64,000 nt of DNA. Source: Armatimonadota bacterium (GTDB lineage Bacteria; Armatimonadota; UBA5829; DSUL01). Where the stretch lies: NCBI GenBank assembly GCA_039811685.1, contig JBDHZC010000004.1, forward strand, positions 192,001 to 256,000, given 5' to 3'. The notes under the pieces are model-generated. The model ran no database searches. It saw nothing but the letters and a program-made list of their open reading frames with translations, and was not told the origin of the DNA. Positions 58,540-64,000 of this stretch are shown here, in pieces (position 1 is the first letter of the stretch; every line of letters begins with the position of its first letter). A program made the position numbers and the translations under genes.

Positions 58540-59424
58540 TTGGACCAGAGTAAGCCGCTTTACACTAGAAGCATAGACATTCCAAGCCTGCCAAGTGGCA
58601 TGGCCAGTATTGTCTCCGTGGCCAGTTCAGACAGCGCGACGGCTGATGACGTCGCCAACGCGATCATGCTGGACCCAGCGCTCTCGACCAAAGTGCTCCG
58701 GATGGCCAACTCGGCCTTCTACGGGCGCTTGACGAAGGCCGAGACCGTCACGCAAGCCGTAGTCACACTCGGGTTCAGCGCTGTCAAGACCGTTGCGCTG
58801 GCTGCCTCTGTGGTTGACCACGTACTGCCGGAAACCGGCGTTCCAGGTCTCAGTTGGCAGTCTTTCTGGCAGCACTGTGTCGCAACGGGCGCCGCTGCGG
58901 AAATCATTGCCCGCTATCTCACTGGTTCCAGACGGGGAAGTGAGTCTGCCTTTGTTGCGGGTCTGTTGCATGACGTCGGCAAACTCATCATTGCCCGCAA
59001 TTCTTCTGAAGACTTCGGAAAAGCTGTCTGGATCGCATCAGGAACAAATGGCGATATGCGCTTTGCCGAACGCAAGGTCTTCGGGACTGATCACGCGACT
59101 GTCGGCGCCCTTCTTGCGCAAGAGTGGCGGATTCCAGAAGCGATCGGCCGCCCGATCGGGCAACACCACGATATGAATCCTGGCGCCGATCCGATGGTGC
59201 TGGCTGTCAGCGGAGCGAACCTGCTTTCAAAAGCCATGTATGGCGGATATCTTACAGACTGTAAGGTCCAGGTGAGCGCTGCAGAGGTGACTCGCGCCTG
59301 TGGATTGGAAGAGTCAGCTTTGCAGAGTGTGGCGTCCGAAGTGCCTCAGCGGCTGAGTGAGTGTGGCGAAGTCTTGTCCTGGGCGGCAAATATGCCCGAA
59401 GGCGGTGCGCTCAAAGCCGCATAA
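58540..59424 (+). CDS. HDOD domain protein
   Basis: DPALSTKVLRMANSAFYG, FWQHC, AGLLHDVGK and DHA.VG..L...W motifs. Confidence 0.92.
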   Translation: MDQSKPLYTRSIDIPSLPSGMASIVSVASSDSATADDVANAIMLDPALSTKVLRMANSAFYGRLTKAETVTQAVVTLGFSAVKTVALAASVVDHVLPETGVPGLSWQSFWQHCVATGAAAEIIARYLTGSRRGSESAFVAGLLHDVGKLIIARNSSEDFGKAVWIASGTNGDMRFAERKVFGTDHATVGALLAQEWRIPEAIGRPIGQHHDMNPGADPMVLAVSGANLLSKAMYGGYLTDCKVQVSAAEVTRACGLEESALQSVASEVPQRLSECGEVLSWAANMPEGGALKAA

Positions 59425-59459
59425 CTCACCTTTGATCCTTGGCCTCCCTCTCCAGAAAC

Positions 59460-59488
59460 CGGCCCTGAGAAATCTCGGGGCCGTTTTG
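59460..59488 (+). terminator. rho-independent terminator
   Basis: CGGCCCTGAG-AAAT-CTCGGGGCCG followed by TTTT. Confidence 0.75.
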
Positions 59489-59565
59489 GTTTGTCTTACA
59501 GGTGACTGTGCTGGAATTCTGAGGCTCTGATATTGTAAGGTATGGGGGGAGGTTATTTCGAGGAT

Positions 59566-60711
59566 ATGCGGGCTTTCTTCTTTCGATTGATAATCGGGTT
59601 GGCGACGCTGAGCCTTGTCGGGATGTGCGCTTCAATAGCTGAGGCCGGTCTGGTTGTTGGCGGGGTTGTGGTGGACGCCTCTACAGGTGCGGCCCTAACA
59701 GGAGCCACCGTTGCGCTTTTCGATGACAGTGGAGACGTGGTTGGTACAGATCTCACAGATGGCGACGGGACGTGGGCCATTGAGACTGAGTGGAAGCACG
59801 CGCATCTCAAAGCTCCCTCCAGCGGTGGCAGTCTCTTCTCATCGTTGATTGGCGTTGTCACCTGGCCGGTTCGCACAACCGCTCGCTTCGTCGGCGGGTC
59901 TACAAAGGCGCTTTTCAAGGGCGCGGCGAGAGCGGCTGGTGGCGCGGCGGTTGCCGGGGTGTCTGTGGCGGCTGTATCGGGCGCAGGCCCTGTAGCGGAA
60001 GCGGCCGTGGGACAGATAGGCCGCACCGTTGGACGCGCGGCCTCCGATGCTGTGGTGGGAGCTCTGGACGATGACTCGCCCGAGGACGAGCGATCTGACC
60101 AGATGCGGAACAGTGACCCTCAACCCGGAGAGGTCACAGTGCGCGTGTGGAAACAGGGAGCCAAAGACTATCATGGTCGTGTGTCGGTCTATGCTCTCGA
60201 ACGCTTCCGCGATGAGAACGGGCACAGCAAAGCTGCGGCGACTGTTGACCCCGTCCTGCTCGCCTCTGAAGAATCAGGTGGTGTGTCGTCCGCTCCGCGC
60301 CACTTTGGGATTCTCAACCACGTCTCAGCCGATCCTATGATCGTCGAGGCGGGCGCTACAGTCAGGCTCAGTTGTCAGATGCCTCTGCCTGACGAGATGC
60401 TATCTTCGACCTGCGTCGTCGCGTGGGACCTGTCGACACGCCAGCGGCAGTCACTGACTCGTACGGAGGAGGGAGCCTGGCAGGGAGAAATGGAGCTTCC
60501 GAAAAAAGGCCCTTACAGAAACCATGAAATCACCATCGTTGCCTATCGCAACCTGGATCAAAAAGCCGGTGGTGACGAAAAGTTGGAAGCGCGTCTCTGG
60601 GACAAAGATGCGTGGAATCCGAGGAAAGCCTACCCGGTTGACCCGGTGCTTCTGGTTTCGCGCAATCGAGGCCAGGTGACGGTCACCGTCATCAAGCCGC
60701 CCAGGCCCTAG
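59566..60711 (+). CDS. secreted hypothetical protein (carboxypeptidase-regulatory-like N-domain, Gly/Ala-rich insert)
   Basis: Signal peptide; G.VVDA.TG..L.GATV...TD.DG; GGAAVAG-rich stretch. Confidence 0.7.
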   Translation: MRAFFFRLIIGLATLSLVGMCASIAEAGLVVGGVVVDASTGAALTGATVALFDDSGDVVGTDLTDGDGTWAIETEWKHAHLKAPSSGGSLFSSLIGVVTWPVRTTARFVGGSTKALFKGAARAAGGAAVAGVSVAAVSGAGPVAEAAVGQIGRTVGRAASDAVVGALDDDSPEDERSDQMRNSDPQPGEVTVRVWKQGAKDYHGRVSVYALERFRDENGHSKAAATVDPVLLASEESGGVSSAPRHFGILNHVSADPMIVEAGATVRLSCQMPLPDEMLSSTCVVAWDLSTRQRQSLTRTEEGAWQGEMELPKKGPYRNHEITIVAYRNLDQKAGGDEKLEARLWDKDAWNPRKAYPVDPVLLVSRNRGQVTVTVIKPPRP

Positions 60712-60742
60712 ATCGATCTAGCTCACAAACGATTGGCGATCT

Positions 60743-61639
60743 CTATGCTGTCTGGGCGACGGGATCGGCAAAGAGCGATTCGACGAACTCCTCCGGATTG
60801 AACACTTTCAGATCGTCCAGTTGTTCGCCAGTGCCGACCAACTTAACCGGCACTCCCAGTTCATCACTGATACTGATGACTGTCCCACCGCGAGCGGAGC
60901 TGTCCATTTTTGCCAGTACAAGGCCCGTAATATCGACAGCCGACAGAAACTCCCGTGCCTGCGATATCGCGTTCTGCCCTGTAGTCGCGTCCAGTACCAG
61001 AAGCGTCTCATCCGGACCTCGCCCATTGGCCTTCTCCACTGCGCGCGTGATCTTCTTCAACTCTTCCATCAGGTTGGATCTGGTGTGCAGGCGCCCGGCC
61101 GTGTCCACGATAACGATGTCGACGCCTCTGGCCTTGGCCGCGGATACGCTATCGAAGACGACAGCGGCCGGGTCGGCGCCCGGAGCGTGCTTGACAATCT
61201 GACAGCCCACACGCTGCGCCCAAATTTCAAGCTGATCGATCGCCGCCGCGCGAAACGTGTCCGCAGCGGCAAGCAACACCTGCTTTCCCTGCTGCGTGTA
61301 CATATACGCCAGCTTCGCAATGCTTGTTGTCTTGCCAACTCCGTTGACGCCGGCAACGAACACGACGGTGGGAGGAGTGTCTCCTGTGGCGATTTCCTGC
61401 GACGTATTCGCCCCCATCATACCTGCCAGCGTCTCTTTCAGCGCCGCCTGTACGCCGTCTGCGTGCTGTCTGGACTCTCGTATGCGCTCGAATATCTTCT
61501 CGACCGTCTCGTAAGAGACATCTGCGCTCAGCAATGCCTCTTCCAGCTCCTCTTCCGTCGCCGCGTCGAGAATCGTCTTGCCCTGAATCTTACGAGCAAT
61601 GTTCTTGAATACGCCCAAAAACCGCATTCGCCGTGTCAA
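60743..61639 (-). CDS. ftsY: SRP receptor FtsY (NG domain only)
   Basis: GVNGVGKTT, DTFRAAA, DTAGR and GTGE motifs. Confidence 0.97.
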   Translation of the reverse strand: MTRRMRFLGVFKNIARKIQGKTILDAATEEELEEALLSADVSYETVEKIFERIRESRQHADGVQAALKETLAGMMGANTSQEIATGDTPPTVVFVAGVNGVGKTTSIAKLAYMYTQQGKQVLLAAADTFRAAAIDQLEIWAQRVGCQIVKHAPGADPAAVVFDSVSAAKARGVDIVIVDTAGRLHTRSNLMEELKKITRAVEKANGRGPDETLLVLDATTGQNAISQAREFLSAVDITGLVLAKMDSSARGGTVISISDELGVPVKLVGTGEQLDDLKVFNPEEFVESLFADPVAQTA

Positions 61640-61731
61640 ACCCCTCTTAGTGTAGTCTTCAGGATGTTAGACCCAGAGTTGTGCCAGGCGCAAGTCGCTC
61701 GTGGCCCGATAACCGCCCAGTTGCGTTGTCG

Positions 61732-62697
61732 TCAGGGAGAGCTCATCAGCTTTAGGCCCGGCGTACGCGTCCTCATTTTGAGCAGAGAGTCCGTTGTCGG
61801 GTCGGTGATGTAGAGAGTCTTTCGATCGGGACCGGCGAAGGCGATATTGCTTGGCCCGTGCCCTGGGCCTGTCGGCATCACATAGCTATCGAAGGTTTCT
61901 CCACGCGGGGAAATCACCAGCACCTGATGCGCTCCAAAGTGCGCGACCCACAGATTGCCTGCAGTATCAAACGCTATACCGTCCGGCTCTCCTTTCCCTG
62001 CGCTGGACAAGTCTGCGAATTCCTGCGCCCTGCCAAGCATGCCGTTGCTCCGCACGGAGAATCGCAAAATCCGGTTCTTTTGAGACTCAGCCACATAAAG
62101 CCAGCGCCCGTCCGCACTGAACGCCAGGCCATTAGGGAAGGCCAGACCGTCTGCTACGCGCGTGACTTTGCGCGTCGTAGCTTCCACTCGGTACACGCAC
62201 CCTGTGGGATTGCGGAGTCCCGACCCTGCAGGGTCTGTAAAGTACAGATTGCCCTTCGCATCAAAGGCCAGATCGTTTGGCCCCCGGAAGCCTTTCACGC
62301 GGTATTTTTCGGCGTATATCTCGCAGCGTCCATCTGGATGGATTCTCACGATGGCGTTCCGTTCGTTGTCGCACGCAAAAAGCGAGCCGTCTTTGTAGAA
62401 CGCAAGGCCGTTGGTATTCCTGAACTGGAGTGGGTTGTCAATGCGGCTACTCTTCAGCCATTGCGCTTCACATTCTCCGTCCAGAGAGACTCGCGCAATT
62501 GCGTTTCCTGATGCCTGCGAGCATACGACATGCTGCTTTCCATCGTAAGCGGGGCCTTCGGGAAACTTCAGACCCACGCAGACCTCAGTCACTTCTGCCA
62601 GGCTTATCTGAGCGCAAATTACCCCACAAACCACTGTCATCGCGGCAATCCTGAGCCGTTTCCACCGTATCTTCATTCCCATCTCCGCTTTGCGCAT
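61732..62697 (-). CDS. SMP-30/gluconolactonase family beta-propeller, secreted
   Basis: FPEGP, GPNDL, FPNGLAFS, PDGIAFD and NIAFAG motifs; start uncertain. Confidence 0.9.
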   Translation of the reverse strand: MRKAEMGMKIRWKRLRIAAMTVVCGVICAQISLAEVTEVCVGLKFPEGPAYDGKQHVVCSQASGNAIARVSLDGECEAQWLKSSRIDNPLQFRNTNGLAFYKDGSLFACDNERNAIVRIHPDGRCEIYAEKYRVKGFRGPNDLAFDAKGNLYFTDPAGSGLRNPTGCVYRVEATTRKVTRVADGLAFPNGLAFSADGRWLYVAESQKNRILRFSVRSNGMLGRAQEFADLSSAGKGEPDGIAFDTAGNLWVAHFGAHQVLVISPRGETFDSYVMPTGPGHGPSNIAFAGPDRKTLYITDPTTDSLLKMRTRTPGLKLMSSP

Positions 62698-62899
62698 TTC
62701 GACGCCACCTGTTCTCTCTTCCTTACCACTTTCCACCCCACTGAGTAGATAGCCGTGGCCCGCTTCCCGCGCCAAAGCCGAGTTCTGCTCAGTTGACAGG
62801 CCACAGATCGTGGCAGTCTGTACTCTGTGTTGATGTATACTGACTATACCTCTCTGTAGCCAGACGTGTATCCCAACGGCGGCGATAAGGAGTTATGAA

Positions 62900-63697
62900 G
62901 TGGCTTTTCAACTCAATGACAATGATGTTATGTCGTACCATCGCGACGGTTTTCTGCTTGTCCCTCGACTTTTTGACAGTGAGCTGATTGCGATGCTTTC
63001 CCATACGGCGCGAGCAGATCAGCGCTACCAGTCCCTGGCGGTAGATAGAAGCGATCGAGAAGGCGCTGCGTCGCGTCTGTCCTTGCGCTATGATCTGCCT
63101 GAGGATCTGTACGGTGGTCTGGTGCGCTCAGAAGACATCGTTCTGACCACGGAGAGGCTTCTGGGTGAAGAGGTCTACCACTATCACCACAAGATGATGA
63201 TGAAGGAGCCGTTTGTTGGAGGCGCATGGGAGTGGCATCAGGACTACGGCTACTGGTATCACGGGTGGTTCCTGTCTCCCGCAATAACAAGCTGTATGAT
63301 AGCCGTTGATCGGGCGACCCGCGCGAATGGCTGCTTACAGGTTATTCCTGGATCGCACGCTCTCGGCCGCATCGACCACGGGGGCGTGGGAGATCAAATG
63401 AGCGCCAACCAGGAGCGCGTGGACGCTATTCTGTCTCGCTACGAAAAGACCTACGTGGAGATGGATCCGGGAGATGCTCTCTTCTTCCATTCAAACCTTC
63501 TGCACCGCTCAGACCAGAACACGAGTCCGGATCCGCGCTGGGTACTCATCTGCTGTTATGCCGCCCGCTCAAACGAACCGGCCAACGGCCTGCCTCCGGC
63601 TTACGAGTATCTGGAGCGCTGGAGCGTAGATCGTATCAAGGAAATTGGCAAGCAGCACCTGATGAGTCTCACCGGGTCTTCATCGGCCAGCCCATAA
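62900..63697 (+). CDS. phytanoyl-CoA dioxygenase-family Fe(II)/2OG enzyme
   Basis: WHQD, NGCL.VIPGSH and GDALFFHSNLLHRS..N motifs. Confidence 0.92.
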   Translation: MAFQLNDNDVMSYHRDGFLLVPRLFDSELIAMLSHTARADQRYQSLAVDRSDREGAASRLSLRYDLPEDLYGGLVRSEDIVLTTERLLGEEVYHYHHKMMMKEPFVGGAWEWHQDYGYWYHGWFLSPAITSCMIAVDRATRANGCLQVIPGSHALGRIDHGGVGDQMSANQERVDAILSRYEKTYVEMDPGDALFFHSNLLHRSDQNTSPDPRWVLICCYAARSNEPANGLPPAYEYLERWSVDRIKEIGKQHLMSLTGSSSASP

Positions 63698-63733
63698 AGA
63701 CTTCGCAGAGACGCTAACCGCTATGGGCGGGAG

Positions 63734-64000
63734 CTACTTGCCCATCTTTCGCAGATTCTCGAGACACTTGGCAACAGCCTCGAGTGGAGCGCAAGGATAG
63801 GATTCCTGCTCGACGATGTACCACTCGGTGCTGCCGATGTTCTCGCACAGGTCAAAGATGAGCGGCCAGTTCACGTCTCCTTCACCAACCAGAGCCTTGT
63901 CGTTAGTTGCGGAGTGTTCTTTCAGGTGGACAGTAAGCGCGCGGCCGGGGTAGCGCTTGAGAATAGGCGCTGGGTCTGCGCCTCCCACCAGCGCGTTGCC
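63734..64000 (-). CDS. sugar phosphate isomerase/epimerase (TIM barrel), 5'-truncated by window edge
   Basis: VHLKE, VGEG.V.W and YIVEQE motifs. Confidence 0.8.
   Translation of the reverse strand, partial: GNALVGGADPAPILKRYPGRALTVHLKEHSATNDKALVGEGDVNWPLIFDLCENIGSTEWYIVEQESYPCAPLEAVAKCLENLRKMGK

Noticed and set aside
60821..61813. 330-aa plus-strand ORF
   Set aside because: Antisense shadow of ftsY.
1..64000. CRISPR array, tRNA or rRNA genes
   Set aside because: No regularly spaced repeat-spacer array, cloverleaf or rRNA-like sequence was noticed on reading; not verified computationally.

Overview
Bacterial chromosomal window of fairly high GC content. The lineage is probably Armatimonadota-like, inferred from gene content and a characteristic C-terminal domain on a large secreted glycoside hydrolase. 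Most of it is housekeeping or metabolic: rodA, an M16 peptidase pair, thpR-recA-ymdB, dut, an orphan histidine kinase, ABC systems, an LCP protein, a cold-shock gene, a dnaK-hsp20-dnaJ-hspR operon with a HAIR-like operator, copA, uvrA, an ECF sigma/anti-sigma pair, RNase P RNA, hemW, apbC and ftsY. The stand-out is a ~10 kb minus-strand defence island (about 30803-40919) between copA and uvrA. It holds a type III-like restriction-modification pair (res, mod) with several nested modular features. (1) A two-gene cargo, a divergent Hsp70-TPR protein plus a minimal UvrD-like SF1 helicase, is bracketed by a 73-bp direct repeat of the last 22 codons of mod (70/73 identical, all differences synonymous), with no integrase. 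(2) A four-helix-bundle gene sits between res and mod, bracketed by 29-bp direct repeats that end in in-frame ATG codons. (3) Two inverted heptamer arrays lie in frame inside mod. (4) The target-recognition domain of mod appears compositionally distinct. The Hsp70 + helicase cargo is proposed as a candidate undescribed anti-phage module. All family calls come from motif recognition by eye; no database searches were run.
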